Positions 40,830-55,950 are shown, numbered from the stretch's first letter. The stretch: DNA of 64,000 nt from Octopus bimaculoides (GCF_001194135.2 NC_068981.1:51761455-51825454); one strand, 5' to 3'. Notes: generated from the letters alone by a model not told the origin. Numbers and translations: made by a program.

Positions 40830-42830
40830 TTTCGAAATTGATGAAAAGGGGAACGAAAATCCTTTTTTCTTTTTTTCTTTGGACGTGTAAACAGGAAAAT
40901 AACACAAAAGCCGTTGTTAACAATTGGAGTTACCAGAGGGGAGAGGAAATGTAACATTAACTAGGTTTATCCGTGCAGAAAAAAAACCTACGAAAAAGAG
41001 CCACGGTAACTTCGAAAACGAAAAAGAAAAACATTAACATGAAAGCAAGGCACTCTTTCTCTCTTTGTTTTCTAGGATCATGCTCAAGGTGGTTCCGTCA
41101 TTTATTCGTACCGCCTTTGCCACATTCACCCACCTTTTGTTGAACCTTTTATTAGACAAAACCTCCCTCTCTATTCTCACATTCCTCTTCAAGTGATACT
41201 TGAAGAAGTTGATGACAAGTTGGCCTTTCGCACGAGTCCACCACATACATTCTTTCACCAAGCCACCAGTACAATAAAACTGTCTTGCCTTCCCGGTTAA
41301 AGGAAGATAGAAGGACAATATTCACGATAGACTCAGCCGACAACCGAATTCGTTCCACACGTGACAGCAGCCGTTCGACATACTCCCACAGGTCTGAAAT
41401 GTTTGGACATTGCGCGAGTGCGTGCAGAACGGTTTCGTCACTCTGACTGCATCTCGGGCAAGTCGGTCCGGTGTTTCTTGAACCGTGCCTGTAGAACTTA
41501 TCCTAGACGGGCAATGCTTCCCGATAGCACTCCTAGCCAGGGATCTCTGGAAACTGTCCATAAGTCCCGGCCTGAAAGTGGTTCTGAAGAGACGGGCCAG
41601 GTTGTTCCTCGTCGACGCCCAGGGTCTCCTCAAGACGTCGTCGCACCTCCCCTCTATTACTCCTTTATAGAACGCCTTCGTAGAATTGAAGTTGCACAAG
41701 TTTGATCCCAGACGGCAGAGTTGCTCGTGAGCATAGCGACACCTGCAGTGCCACTCGCCCATCCTCGGTCTCTGTTTGATCCAGGATTGCAGTTCGGTCA
41801 AAGAGACACGCTGCGGGAAAGTGCGTCTCACAGACGTCGACCACACCTGTTCATCGTCGTCTATGAATTGCTGGAGATGTCGCAGTCCCAGCACATGTTT
41901 GCACATAATTAACCACGGCATGCCCAGCCCTCCATTTAGCGGATGTTGGCAGCAAATGGGTCACCTGACCATCAGAATACTTCCCTTCCACAAAAAGCGG
42001 AAGATTATGCGTTCCAATTTTGTGATGGTGGGGTCGGGACAAGGCGACGGTCAGACGGTAGTAGATGACGGATGCGATGTACGCATTTTCCACTTAGCCC
42101 GACCTTTTAGAGATAGCTTCCTCTCGCCTCGGCCCATTGCTGGGTGAGAGTGGCTACCCTATCTCTATGTGAGCTGTTTCACCCGTTTGTGGAGCTCTCT
42201 CATTTGTTGTACTGATGGTGGTGTGGGTAACAGTGCTGCTTTGCGGGTAGTGTTTTCTGTTTGCTGTTGCTGCTGTTGCTGTCTTTGTTGTTGTTGTTGT
42301 TGTTCCTTTATTGTTGCTCAGTCAATTTTTAGTTGGTTTTTACTGCCACGAAGGTGACAGCGTGGTCTTTTGCCTTCAACTGCTACATGTAAGGTGGTAC
42401 CGTCCGGCAATTTTATAAGATCTGGCACATTTTCTATTGTCTCTTGATCAGCTTGAACCAAAACTTCGAACGACTGACCTGTCCAGTTTTGATGTTCGAG
42501 GACGGCAATTTCTAAGATGCTAGCAACTTCCTCGAGATTATACCAGATGGCTGACACCAGGCATCGTACTTCTATTTCAGGGTGCACATCTTTAATTTTT
42601 ATTTTTGTAACCCAACGACCTAGGTACGTAGGAAACATTATGACTTTTTCACTCTTTATTGACTGTATAGAGTAAGCTTTTGTTTGCCCCTGTGTGTTAA
42701 ATCTGATTTCAGCTGTGGAAAATCTTTTGCCCTTGGTGTAGGTGGGAGGTAGCGGTGAAGGCGAGGGTATGGACAGATATGTATTCATTGTTGTTAATTT
42801 CCTTTCCTACCTTGTTAGTAGCGACGCTAG
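40830..42830 (-). mobile_element. Tx1/L1-clade LINE derivative: ORF1 remnant joined to the ORF2 C-terminus, then the 3' UTR
   Basis: ORF1-like 42318..42788 ends in a decayed CX2CX4HX4C knuckle (CHL[R]GSKN[Q]LKID[*]); ORF2 has RKLSLKGRA..PCPDPTITKLERIIFRFLWKG..HPLNGGLGMPWL and CPRCSQSDETVLHALAQCPNISDLW; no endonuclease or RT core is present. Confidence 0.8.
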
Positions 42831-44836
42831 CGTCAGAATGTGTAACGGCGTTGTTTGGCTCTGTGTGTGTTTGTGTGTGTGCGCGCGCGCGTGTGTGTAA
42901 GTTCAGTTTTCTTTCTTTTTCGCAGCATTTGTCAGTGGGGAAAAGGGCATTCATGTCGAAATGGGACACGGGAACGCTGATATCCTCAGAAAAGCTATTC
43001 ATTTTTCAGCACAGATTGAAATTTTTTTTTTTTAATGAAATTTAAAATTCGAAAACTACACCCTTAAAAGGTGAATTTTTGTATGAGCAATTCGCTCACG
43101 TGAAAGCAGATGTTGTTAACCAACTATTGACAAAAATTCAATACAAATCTGCATAAATAAACACGAGAAATTGTTTAGATTTACGCAGACGAAAAAGACG
43201 ACAGCCAATAAGATAGATAGATTAGATAGATAGATAGATATTACATAAAAAAATACTCATAAATAAATGAAATAATGCTATTCAATATTAACATTAAATA
43301 TGAAATCAAAAAATGTAACTTAAACCTGAAATGATTACAAACTACTGAAAGTTTCAAAGAAAAATTGTAAAAATAAAAAAAGAAGGAATTAAGGTTGAAG
43401 ACAAACTTAAGACCTGCATCAACTTATAGAAATTCTCGACAATGATTCTGTCTAGTGTATATTTACACCAGTGGTATTGGTAAAGAAGCGAACTGTCCAT
43501 CCAAAGTAAAATCTGAATAACAGTAAACAAGAATCTCACCAAACATGAATAAGGCAGGATATAAAATGTAGTTTTGAATATCTTGTTTCATTGAAGTAAT
43601 TTCCGTGAAAAAAAAAATTCTATAGAATGGAAACGATTGAATGAAATGATTTTGTGAACGTTCAGCAGGAGCAAACGTAAATGGAAAGACGGAAAATACA
43701 TACATACATACATACATACATGTGTATATATATATGTATATATATATATACATATANNNNNNNNNNNNNNNNNNNNNNNNNNNNNNNNNNNNNNNNNNNN
43801 NNNNNNNNNNNNNNNNNNNNNNNNNNNNNNNNNNNNNNNNNNNNNNNNNNNNNNNNNNNNNNNNNNNNNNNNNNNNNNNNNNNNNNNNNNNNNNNNNNNN
43901 NNNNNNNNNNNNNNNNNNNNNNNNNNNNNNNNNNNNNNNNNNNNNNNNNNNNNNNNNNNNNNNNNNNNNNNNNNNNNNNNNNNNNNNNNNNNNNNNNNNN
44001 NNNNNNNNNNNNNNNNNNNNNNNNNNNNNNNNNNNNNNNNNNNNNNNNNNNNNNNNNNNNNNNNNNNNNNNNNNNNNNNNNNNNNNNNNNNNNNNNNNNN
44101 NNNNNNNNNNNNNNNNNNNNNNNNNNNNNNNNNNNNNNNNNNNNNNNNNNNNNNNNNNNNNNNNNNNNNNNNNNNNNNNNNNNNNNNNNNNNNNNNNNNN
44201 NNNNNNNNNNNNNNNNNNNNNNNNNNNNNNNNNNNNNNNNNNNNNNNNNNNNNNNNNNNNNNNNNNNNNNNNNNNNNNNNNNNNNNNNNNNNNNNNNNNN
44301 NNNNNNNNNNNNNNNNNNNNNNNNNNNNNNNNNNNNNNNNNNNNNNNNNNNNNACATACGTACATACATGCATACATACATACATGCATGCATGCATTCA
44401 TGCATACATACATACATACATACATACATACATGCATACATACATACATACATACATACATACATACATACATACATACATACATACATACATACGTGCG
44501 TAGTACAATTCAAAGTTCGTTTGGTATCAGTTTTCAAATTTACTTGGCCACTTGGCTTCACAATGTTATTCGTAATATTTGTCTATTTGAAGGTATAAAG
44601 CTGGCTGTCCATTGGCAATGTAAACAGAGACAGGTAACCAGCTAGATAGTAAATTACCTTTTTTTTATTTCTAAACTATAATAGTTGCAAAATTGAAGTC
44701 TGCAACATTATTATAATCATTATAATAAATCTAATCTGATCGGGTAATTAAAAAGCGTAATTAAATGAAACATACTGGGAAATTGCTTACAGCTATAAAG
44801 ACCATTAAGTGTGTGTGTGTGTGTGTGTGAAAGAGA

Positions 44837-44878
<42 letters not shown>

Positions 44879-45209
44879 GAGAGAGAGAATGTGCCTGTAC
44901 TTATAAAACGGAAGTATTATTTTATATGTCCTCTATATGTGGGTGTATGCTAATGCGTTTATGTGTATGTGTAAATACACACACATACACACATATACAC
45001 ATACACACACACATATATATATATTTTTATTAGCACACTATGTGTGTATACTTATATGTAAATACTCTCACACATACATATATACACATGCGCACAGGTA
45101 CATATGCAAGTAGGTAGACTTGTTATTTATGCAGTACGTTCTGACTCTGTTGAAAGCTAGCTTCTCCCCCTATCTTTTTCTCTCTTTCTCTTTCTCTATG
45201 CCTGTCTCA

Positions 45210-45258
<49 letters not shown>

Positions 45259-46552
45259 TCTCTCTCTTTCCATTTCTTTCTCTCTTTTTATTTGGTTAAT
45301 ATATGTTTGTCACATTACCCAAAAATTGCCTGAACGCTTTTGTTTCTGAAGGTCTATGTGTGCGCGCAAATGTGCATCCTTACATCGTGTATGTAAGTTA
45401 ATTAATCCAAGTGAAGGCCGTTATTCAGATTGTCAACGTCGATAGTCTCTTTCTTTCTTTTTTTCGCGATTTTACGTACGGAGTTCAAATCACACTGTGA
45501 TTCACTATGCTTGCATTAGTTCGAGGTGAGTATAATAAATTACAAATGAAGTAATGAGTTTGATTTAATCAACTGAAACTAATGTATCCCTGGCTAATTC
45601 AAGCAAGTTACTTTGGCTGAGAACGAAACGTTTTAGTACTAGTTAAGCTTCAAGGCAACATTATTAGGTATTATTAGCTTTGGAAGACCTAATAATCAAT
45701 GACACATAAATTCTATAATGAAAGAAATATATTAGGCGAGTCTGTTTTCAGTCCTGGCACATATCACCAGGAGAAATAAAGGAATATGAAAACTCGACTA
45801 CAAGCTCGCGAAGCCTTCATTATTAATGCAATGAGTTACTCGCTTCAAGCTGTAAGCTACGTCGCTGCATGGGGTACTTTATAGGGACACTTGGAATAGA
45901 AAATTGTTGAGTTGTGCAGCTTTGAGGAAGTTATAGCGCAATTTAAGTTAAGTAAGTCGAAACAGTCGCACGAATTCGGATTACCGAGAAATTATCGTTA
46001 TACTACAGTCCAATGACAGAAAGTTCTTAAATTTGGTGGTAAGATAAGATGCATTAGTTACTTGGTACATACAATATTAAACAGGCTTTCCGCTATTGCA
46101 GCGTTTGAATAGAATCCTGCTGCGCTCTTCCAATTTATTTTCTCTCACACCGGTGTATGTATCATTGTGTATACATATATATANNNNNNNNNNNNNNNNN
46201 NNNNNNNNNNNNNNNNNNNNNNNNNNNNNNNNNNNNNNNNNNNNNNNNNNNNNNNNNNNNNNNNNNNNNNNNNNNNNNNNNNNNNNNNNNNNNNNNNNNN
46301 NNNNNNNNNNNNNNNNNNNNNNNNNNNNNNNNNNNNNNNNNNNNNNNNNNNNNNNNNNNNNNNNNNNNNNNNNNNNNNNNNNNNNNNNNNNNNNNNNNNN
46401 NNNNNNNNNNNNNNNNNNNNNNNNNNNNNNNNNNNNNNNNNNNNNNNNNNNNNNNNNNNNNNNNNNNNNNNNNNNNNNNNNNNNNNNNNNNNNNNNNNNN
46501 NNNNNNNNNNNNNNNNNNNNNNNNNNNNNNNNNNNNNNNNNNNNNNNNNNNN

Positions 46553-46590
<38 letters not shown>

Positions 46591-46699
46591 AACCTGTCCA
46601 AAGCAGTCTCCTGAAAAAGTAAATTTATTGTTTTACGTAGAATTAATTTAGTTTTGTCTCTTGCAAAACAATTCCCTTTCCTATTGATGCTCTTTACCC

Positions 46700-47540
46700 A
46701 AAGTTTATTCCAATTTTAGAATTCTCGAAGCAAATTTTCTTCGATTTCTTCAGTCACCTTTGAGTTTGAAAGGGTCAAATCTTGGAAGTGGAGTCACCAG
46801 GGAGAGACTTATTTCGTACTGTTCCCAAAAGTCATGATTAAGAAATGCGGTATGAGAAAGTACTTTTTATAATTCACCAACTAAGCTTTACTTTTTCGAA
46901 TGTTCAGGTCACATTTTTCCACTGCCTGTCTCAAATGCCGCTGGATATTTCAGTCAAATTTTATATCGATCATATAACTACGGAACAAACACCTCATGAG
47001 CAACGTCCTTCTAATCAGAAAACATGACCATCATCACTTTCATATTTGAGCCACTCTGACGAATTATTTTTAAACTGCTGTGACGATTAGTCGTCAAGAA
47101 CCTTTTTGTTTTGAATTCGTAGGCATACACCAACAGATAACCAAAAAAGGGAATCTAGTCACAGTCAAGGATTTCCTACATTAGGGTGACCCGGCTCTCT
47201 TTTCATTCATCTCAACAAATGCAACACAGGTTATGTAGTAACGCCGTGCATCTTTATATGGCACAAACACTTACAGAAACCTAGTCCTTTGGAAACTTTA
47301 CGGAGAGCAACGCAACGGTTTTCAAGCAGCAGAGCCTGCACTTTCACAATATGATCGTCCACGGTTTTCGAAGGACATGGGTTGGTCATATTTCATATCA
47401 TCTTTGATGGATGTTCTTCCAGATTTAAATTGCTTTTATTTCATATGACATCGTGTATGTCATAGACACTCTTCTACATAGTAGTGTTGCAAAATAAGAA
47501 AAGCTTCCAAAACAATGTTTTTTTGAATTAACAAAATGAC
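46700..47540 (-). mobile_element. Heavily decayed mariner transposase remnant
   Basis: KQFKSGRTSIKDD, VQALLLENR, W.YAYEFKTK, RQSGSNMKVMMVMFSD*KDVAHEVFVP. Confidence 0.7.
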
Positions 47541-47624
47541 TTCTCACAAACGCAATGATCTTCCAGAGTACACTAAACATACGTTTATACAAACACATGT
47601 TGTTTGATGACTAACTAAAGTGAT

Positions 47625-47875
47625 GTAATGAAAGGAAAAGTCAACCCCCGTGGAATTTTAACTAAGAACGTAAAGAATGAAGAGAAACACCACAAAGCAT
47701 GGTTTGAAATTTTGGTACAAAGCCAGGAAGTTTTTAGAGGGAGAGAATATGTTGATTACATCGACCCCGGTGCTCAACGGCTACTTATGTTGACTCCGAA
47801 AGGATGAAAGGCAAAGCCAACCTCAACAACGTTTGAAGTGATAACGTAAGGAACCGGAAAAAAATCGCCAAGTAA
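47625..47875 (-). mobile_element. SINE family B (one copy plus a partial copy)
   Basis: ACATCGACCCCGGTGCTCAAC...GACTCCGAAAGGATGAAAGGCAAAG. Confidence 0.7.
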
Positions 47876-47893
47876 GCAAGCAAGCAAGCAAAT

Positions 47894-47968
<75 letters not shown>

Positions 47969-47971
<3 letters not shown>

Positions 47972-48147
47972 CTGTGTAGTAAGTAGCTTGCTTACCAACC
48001 ACATGGTTCTGGGTCCATTCCCACNNNNNNNNNNNNNNNNNNNNNNNNNNNNNNNNNNNNNNNNNNNNNNNNNNNNNNNNNNNNNNNNNNNNNNNNNNNN
48101 NNNNNNNNNNNNNNNNNNNNNNNNNNNNNNNNNNNNNNNNNNNNNNN

Positions 48148-48186
<39 letters not shown>

Positions 48187-48402
48187 ATATGTTTGTGTGT
48201 CTGTGTTTGTCCCCCCAGCATCGCTTGACAATCGATAATGGTGTGTTTATGTCCCCGTAACTTAGCGGTTCGGCAAAATTGACCGATAGAATAAGTACTA
48301 GGCTTCCAAAGAATAAGTCTTGGGGTCGATTTGCTCGACTAAAAGGCGGTGCTCCAGCATGGCAGCAGTCAGATGACTGAAACAAGTAAAAGAGTAAAAG
48401 AG
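47969..48402 (+). mobile_element. SINE family A inserted after (TAG)n; core region falls in a gap
   Basis: Head at 47969..48024, 3' part and (GTAAAAGA)n tail at 48195..48402. Confidence 0.88.
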
Positions 48403-50319
48403 TACAAGAGTGGTTTCCTTCTTTAATTATCTGTGTTGACGTTCCTCCGTTTCAACTTTACATTTAGTCAATTACAAATATTTTATTTCCACATATAAAC
48501 CTCTCTCGTATATGTTCGGGGTTTCGAGACGAAATGAGAAATCGATACTAATATTAATGCAACTTTGTTAGTTAATTCTACGATTGCAGGAAAATTGTAA
48601 ATCTGATTATATTGATCCCAGTGTATTAATGTATCACTGAAACGCTTAACGAGTAACATCAAGACGCTGTATTACAGTATATAAAGAGAGACAAAGCTAT
48701 ATATTCTAACGTATTGTGTCAAACGCTTTAAAACTATTGTCTCTATTGTCATTCCACGGAACTTAATGATAGTTGAAATCGTGGTTTAACTCCCAGATCA
48801 ACTCTGATTAAGTAGTCCTATGAACAAAGTATTCCAGTTTTCAACATCCTATATTTTATATATCTATCACTACGTTTTCCTGCATGTCTTTTAAAACGAA
48901 TGGATAGGCTTTGATCAAGGTTTGGCTGCTACTTCTGCCAGATTCAACAGCCGCATAGAGACTCCCAAGTTGACTTGACTTAATAGTGTTAGACATCGGT
49001 TGGAGGACAACATTTGAGATATAGAGCGCGGGCTAAGTGAAATGATCCCGTACATGGAAGACAGTAATTGTTTCGATCTTGGAGGCTGGAAAAGTTAAGG
49101 AAGGTAGGAATTTAAATCAGAATCTTATTTTAATGATAATGAAATTCGGAAGACATTTTTAATGTCGTTAGGTTTGTACCACTCAGCCTGTCTCTTATAA
49201 ACAATCAGTATATCAATAATACTGGTATTATTCATTCTTGGAACAGTGAGCCTTGAAGCATATAATGCTATAAATAATAGCGTGTTAATATTGGGTAAAA
49301 CAACTCTTTGGTTAGAAACAGTCGAAGGTAACCCCTCATATTTACAAAAAAAGTAATGTATACAAAAATTACGTTCAGTTGTAGTATGTCTCTTATGCAG
49401 ATATGGGTTCGAGTCATCCCACGGCAGCTTTCAACTTTTTCTAGCCAAAGAATTTCTTTTTTAATTCAGCATTCACACGCTCTTATTTATAACTTTATCC
49501 ACTTCGGGATTCACCACTCCCCTAAAAATAAAGAATTATTTCTCTCTGGCAAGTACTAATATTGAGGAATCTGTTTAAATTTCTTTATCTGTACTTTATT
49601 CTAAAATGAATTTCTATATTTCAAATTTATGATAAAAAAATGTTACCTGTGATAAAAAGAAAGTACACAAAGAAAAATATATACAAAGATCAGACGAATA
49701 ATTAGAGAAGACAATCTCTTAAGTGAAAATATTTTACATCTAAGATTAGTTTACTAAATGTAAATCAATGATCTAGACTGTTGCTAAACATTTGACAATG
49801 TAATTTCTGTAGCATTTTAAGCGTTCTTTATACAACATATATGAGTAAACTTTGGGTTAATGGAGACTAAACTTAAAGGTTAGACTCTTTTCACTTCATA
49901 TAAATCTTGTCAAAATGGACAGATGCGAAAAAGTATATATATATATCACACCTATCAGATTATTTGTTCTCTTGTTCTAATAAAATCCAATACTTCGAAA
50001 AACAGAGTGTTTCAGGGATTTTATATTCTGCTTAAATAACAAGAAGTTCATGCGATAAAAGGTTTTCTTATTGGTTTTGCCGGCTTGCATTTCTCATTTA
50101 TTTCGTTGTATTTTTGTGTTGTTATGCATCTCTTCTTCCGCGAAACGTATTCGTACCGTATGATATACTACACGAAGTAATACGATTAAAGAGTCCACCT
50201 CTTATATGTTGATTTGATACTGTTGGAAATATGTACGTTAAGGTGGTTTATATAACAGATTTTTCGAAAAAGCTATATAGAAATATTCCATTATGTTTTC
50301 TTTTTCTTTCTTTTATTCA

Positions 50320-50390
<71 letters not shown>

Positions 50391-51684
50391 GTACATATTC
50401 ATATACATATACACAAATATACACAAACATGTATGTATGTATGTATGTATGTATGTATGTATGTATGTATGTATTACTTTGTTAATTTTATCTTCCAATA
50501 TTGAGTTTTCTCATTTTGTTTGTTTTGCGGGTGTGTATACATCTTGAAGTAAGAGAAAAGACTGTTGCGTGCAAACACTGACTAGCTTCTTAGAAATCGG
50601 TGGAAAGACAATGTATCGGAACCAGATCACATTGCATGAAAGCAATACTCTTTCTGTCAATTCTATGTTTTAATTTTTTCTTTCTGTTTTTTTTTTCTGT
50701 TTTGATGACTTGAATAGAATTTTATTTTGCAGATTGATTTATCCCTCTCTTCTCAGCGTTACACTTTTTATTAGTTGAAAATCCGATAAAAAAAAAAAGT
50801 AGAAATGAAAAGGATCTAAAAAAAACAAAGAAATCTAATTAGTGCCACGCAGTGGTATGTATAGAGAAATGCTGTTTGAAGAAAAGAATTGTGTTTCTTG
50901 ATAAAAAAAAAAATGCCTACATTGCTTTCGGCTCAACACAATTAATGAATTCCCAGAAAGAAACCTGTATGGAATCCCCGATAAAATCCTTCAACAGTAA
51001 CATTTAGAGTTACACATTCAAGTTTCCTCTTAAGCAATTACTTATAGGAACACAAGTCCAGATTTTACGTAGTTTATAGATAAGAATTTCTGGAGGTTTA
51101 TCTCAGAAATATCTTCTCTTAATGTATATTTTAGGGGGTGCCGTGCAGCATATATGTTTTAGGGACAGAAATTTCTCAAAGTTCATTTATTTACTATTAT
51201 AAGAATATTAGATGATACGACTATGACGATGAATTACATTTTAGATATTAACGAAGATAGAAAAGAATAAATTTGAGAATTAAAATGATAGAAATAAAGG
51301 GACAAAAAAAATAAAGGCGTGAGATTATTTGGGAAATGGTAAGCGAAACATTAAAAATAGGACAAGAAAGCAGCCAGGCTAAAACGCAAATGAATGGAGG
51401 AAATGTATGTAGTTGTCTGCTGAATTCTAATGAGAAATATGTAAAACAGAAGATATTTCACTTAAAGTGAAATAGACGTACAATTAATGGTTTGTATTTT
51501 GAAAGGATCTTTTTCCAACATGAAAGCACTTAAGAGTGTGGGATAAATAGTTCAGAGGATAAGCAAAAAGTTACTCTGTGTACGCATGTGTTACACCTTT
51601 CATACATTCACACACACACACATGCATATTTACATAAATAGATAGATAAAAGAGATACAAGAATATATATGTACATATATATAT

Positions 51685-51743
<59 letters not shown>

Positions 51744-52389
51744 TGTATGTACGTATGTATGTATGTACACCTGTGGTCGTGTGTATATGTTACAATACTT
51801 ATACGTGTTTATTAATTTTACAAAGATTCTTTCTATTAATTCTTTAATTGTGTTGTGGTGGAAACAATGTAAGATTTTTCTTTTTATTTCAAAGAACATT
51901 GTGACATTGCACTCAGAATATTTTAGGTTACGTAAAAATGGATGCATAACAAAATATTCACAGAATAAATTAACAAAAAGTAGCTCATACACATAAAATA
52001 GAAGAAAGATATTTAGTTTTGTACACCTTCTTTAGCACAAAGTGATTATACATTATAGTCAATGATCTCCAAGTATCGATCAAAAAGAATTCCCATATCT
52101 ACCATCAATACCACCAGCTCTTTAATATAATATGGCATAAAAGTTTGTTATAATTATATTGTCGACGTCTCTAACCAGATAAAGAACCATTATGATAAGC
52201 TGTGCGTAAGCAACATGGCCAAACTATGCAGAAACTGAAACGAGACAACCTTTTGCCATCAAATCGTTTTGTAGAAAAAATATCTTGAGTTACAAGATTA
52301 GTCGAGTGTTCTACGAATGGACAAGTGTATCAAGCTAAAACTGACCGAAGTATGTATACATCAAAGTGCATTTCATCTGGCAAGGCACG

Positions 52390-52490
52390 AGCCTGGCTGT
52401 GTGACAAGAAGTTTACTGCCCGCCGACATGATTCCGGGTTCAGCCCCACTGCGTGGCACTCTGGGCAACTGTCTTCTTCTATAACCCTTA
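52390..52490 (+). mobile_element. SINE family A head fragment (a further 3' fragment at ~52962..53100)
   Basis: TGGCTGTGTGACAAG...GGGTTCAGCCCCACTGCGTGGCAC. Confidence 0.7.
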
Positions 52491-54045
52491 CAGTTTTTCT
52501 TTTTTTTTTTTCGATGATTCATGGTCCTCTATAAAATAATTGCAGGATAATCAACGGGGAAAGAAATGACATACATTTATGTACCATAATTTCTGGACTA
52601 TGAACTGCACTGCCCATAGATCCACATCCCTGAAAGCCACAACTTAATCCCAGCTGTGCCCCATTGGGAGACAATAAATGTACATGAAAATATAAGGAAT
52701 CAGCTAATCAATTGGTTACAAAACAAATGAGAAATGATAAATACCGACAGCACATGCACAATCAACCGTTATACCTGCATATTTTCTATCGGCTAATCGC
52801 ACTTATTGTACAAGTGTGATTGGCCAATGAGTGATTTAGGTGCGGTATGGATTTTTGAGACCAATGACAAAAAAGGTTGATAGCATGCTAAAAATTGAAA
52901 GTCTTTAAATTTTAAACTGAACTGCCTCAAGCCACCCCGTTTTAGCAATACTTCAGCGTCCCTTGTGAGTGAATTCGGTAGACAGTGTGTGTGTTTGTGT
53001 GTATGTGTGTGGACTTATGTGTATGTTTGTCCTTCAAAACCAATGTTGGTGTGTTTGCGTTTTGATAACCTAGCGACTCGGCAAAAGATAACCGATAGAA
53101 TGTGCGGGAATGTTTGCGTATGCATGTGTATATGTACCTACCTGTATACTACAACGTAGTAATATATANNNNNNNNNNNNNNNNNNNNNNNNNNNNNNNN
53201 NNNNNNNNNNNNNNNNNNNNNNNNNNNNNNNNNNNNNNNNNNNNNNNNNNNNNNNNNNNNNNNNNNNNNNNNNNNNNNNNNNNNNNNNNNNNNNNNNNNN
53301 NNNNNNNNNNNNNNNNNNNNNNNNNNNNNNNNNNNNNNNNNNNNNNNNNNNNNNNNNNNNNNNNNNNNNNNNNNNNNNNNNNNNNNNNNNNNNNNNNNNN
53401 NNNNNNNNNNNNNNNNNNNNNNNNNNNNNNNNNNNNNNNNNNNNNNNNNNNNNNNNNNNNNNNNNNNNNNNNNNNNNNNNNNNNNNNNNNNNNNNNNNNN
53501 NNNNNNNNNNNNNNNNNNNNNNNNNNNNNNNNNNNNNNNNNNNNNNNNNNNNNNNNNNNNNNNNNNNNNNNNNNNNNNNNNNNNNNNNNNNNNNNNNNNN
53601 NNNNNNNNNNNNNNNNNNNNNNNNNNNNNNNNNNNNNNNNNNNNNNNNNNNNNNNNNNNNNNNNNNNNNNNNNNNNNNNNNNNNNNNNNNNNNNNNNNNN
53701 NNNNNNNNNNNNNNNNNNNNNNNNNNNNNNNNNNNNNNNNNNNNNNNNNNNNNNNNNNNNNNNNNNNNNNNNNNNNNNNNNNNNNNNNNNNNNNNNNNNN
53801 NNNNNNNNNNNNNNNNNNNNNNNNNNNNNNNNNNNNNNNNNNNNNNNNNNNNNNNNNNNNNNNNNNNNNNNNNNNNNNNNNNNNNNNNNNNNNNNNNNNN
53901 NNNNNNNNNNNNNNNNNNNNNNNNNNNNNNNNNNNNNNNNNNNNNNNNNNNNNNNNNNNNNNNNNNNNNNNNNNNNNNNNNNNNNNNNNNNNNNNNNNNN
54001 NNNNNNNNNNNNNNNNNNNNNNNNNNNNNNNNNNNNNNNNNNNNN

Positions 54046-54171
<126 letters not shown>

Positions 54172-55769
54172 GACAGAGAGAAATAGTTAGTTACAGAGAG
54201 GGGGTAACAGTTTAAAAGCTGTGCCGGATGGCGGGATGGCGTTATACATTTTAGCAAAAGGTTTGGGTACTGTAGGGAAGTCCCACATTACATTCTTATG
54301 CTCGACACGGTTTGACAATAACCATCAAAACTCCAGATAGACTTAAAAGAAGAAAATGCTTTTATATTTAAATCAATTCATTCTTTACGTATGTTTTGCT
54401 AGAACATTTTACATAACTACCGCACAACTTGTACATCAGTTACACCATCGCATCGAGGGATATGTGGAATTTGTAATGCAAAACATATTACTCATGCAAC
54501 TATGTATAAGATAGAGGGCTAGTAGGAGGCAAGTTCAACAGTCAAATAAGAAATAGTTGTAAAAATCAGCGAGGTTATCTTTATGTTGATTAAATTTACA
54601 TGTGAAATTATTCACCACAATTTTCACACACAAACTTTAGTTATTTTATTATATATGTACATGTGAGCTTTTCTCTGTGTGCATATGCATGAAATAGACT
54701 GGATTTTATATTTGTATGCATGTTAGCATGCGTACGTATGAGTAAGACGGAAGAAGACACAAAGAGTGTAGAAGAAAATATATAGAAATTTCAAAATTAT
54801 TATTAATTCAAAAGAAAATTCATCACTTGAAAAAGTATAGATTGGACGCCTAATTGTCAAGAAGAACGAGCTTAGTTAACAAGATCATTGTTGATAAAAG
54901 TATAACAATTAGAAATAATAAAAGCTACTAGAAGCATTATTTGTTGAAAATAATTAATGTTTTGTTGAATAACTGTAACTAGAAATATTTCCATGGATAC
55001 GTTTGTTATTTGATTTTTGTTCAGTGTGTATTAGATATGAAAATATGGAATATTTAACAAATTTGCTTAGCAATCAGATCTGAGTTCGATCTCACAGTGT
55101 GACTTCTTGGAAAATCACCTTTCAATACAGCTTCGGGTCAACCCAATACTTGTCAGAGCAATTGAATGAACGCAAACTGTTTGGAAGCTTAACGGATGGA
55201 TTCTATTTATAATTGAAAGGTCCCATCTTGACTCTCTCTCTCACACACACACACACAACACACACACAACACACACACATATGTGGATGCACACAACATA
55301 CATACACAAATAGATATGTGTATATATATATCAAATGTATATATGTGTACATATATATCAGAAGAGAGAGAGAGAGAGAGGGGGAGAGAGAGAGAGGGAG
55401 AGAGAGAGAGAGAGAGGGAGAGAGAGAGAGAGAGAGAGGGTTATTGCTTCGCTCACTTCTGATCGGGATCTTTAAGCACAGGTGTTTGAACAGTGAGTAG
55501 CCCGTAATTTTGTATTAATGAAACTCCATCGTTGTGAGTTAATGGCTGTTATTTCGAAGAAGTCGAACAATGACAAGAAGCTTTTCGATGGCTTGTAAAT
55601 GAAGAGTTTAAATGAATGGTAAAATAGTCACTTCATAATATAAACACACACAAATCCAGAATGCGTTCAAAAAAGTGACAATCTTAAAATTGTAAATGAG
55701 TGTAGCTTTGTAGCACCAATGTTTTTAATGTATCAATATATTATGCATCACAAGTCAGCAAACGAGGAG

Positions 55770-55950
55770 AATCTTTAGCACAAAATGCTTAGAGGCATTT
55801 CATCCTTCTTTACGTTCTCAGTTCAAATTCCTCCGAGGTCGACTTTACCTTTCATCATTTCGGAGTCAATAAAATAAGTACCAGTTGAGCACTGAGGTCG
55901 GTGTAATCAACTTGTCCCCTTCTCCGAAACTGCAGACCTTGAGACAAAAT
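55770..55950 (+). mobile_element. SINE family B
   Basis: AAATGCTTAGAGGCATTTC...CAGTTCAAATTCC (B-box-like)...AATAAGTACCAGTTGAGCACTG. Confidence 0.75.
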
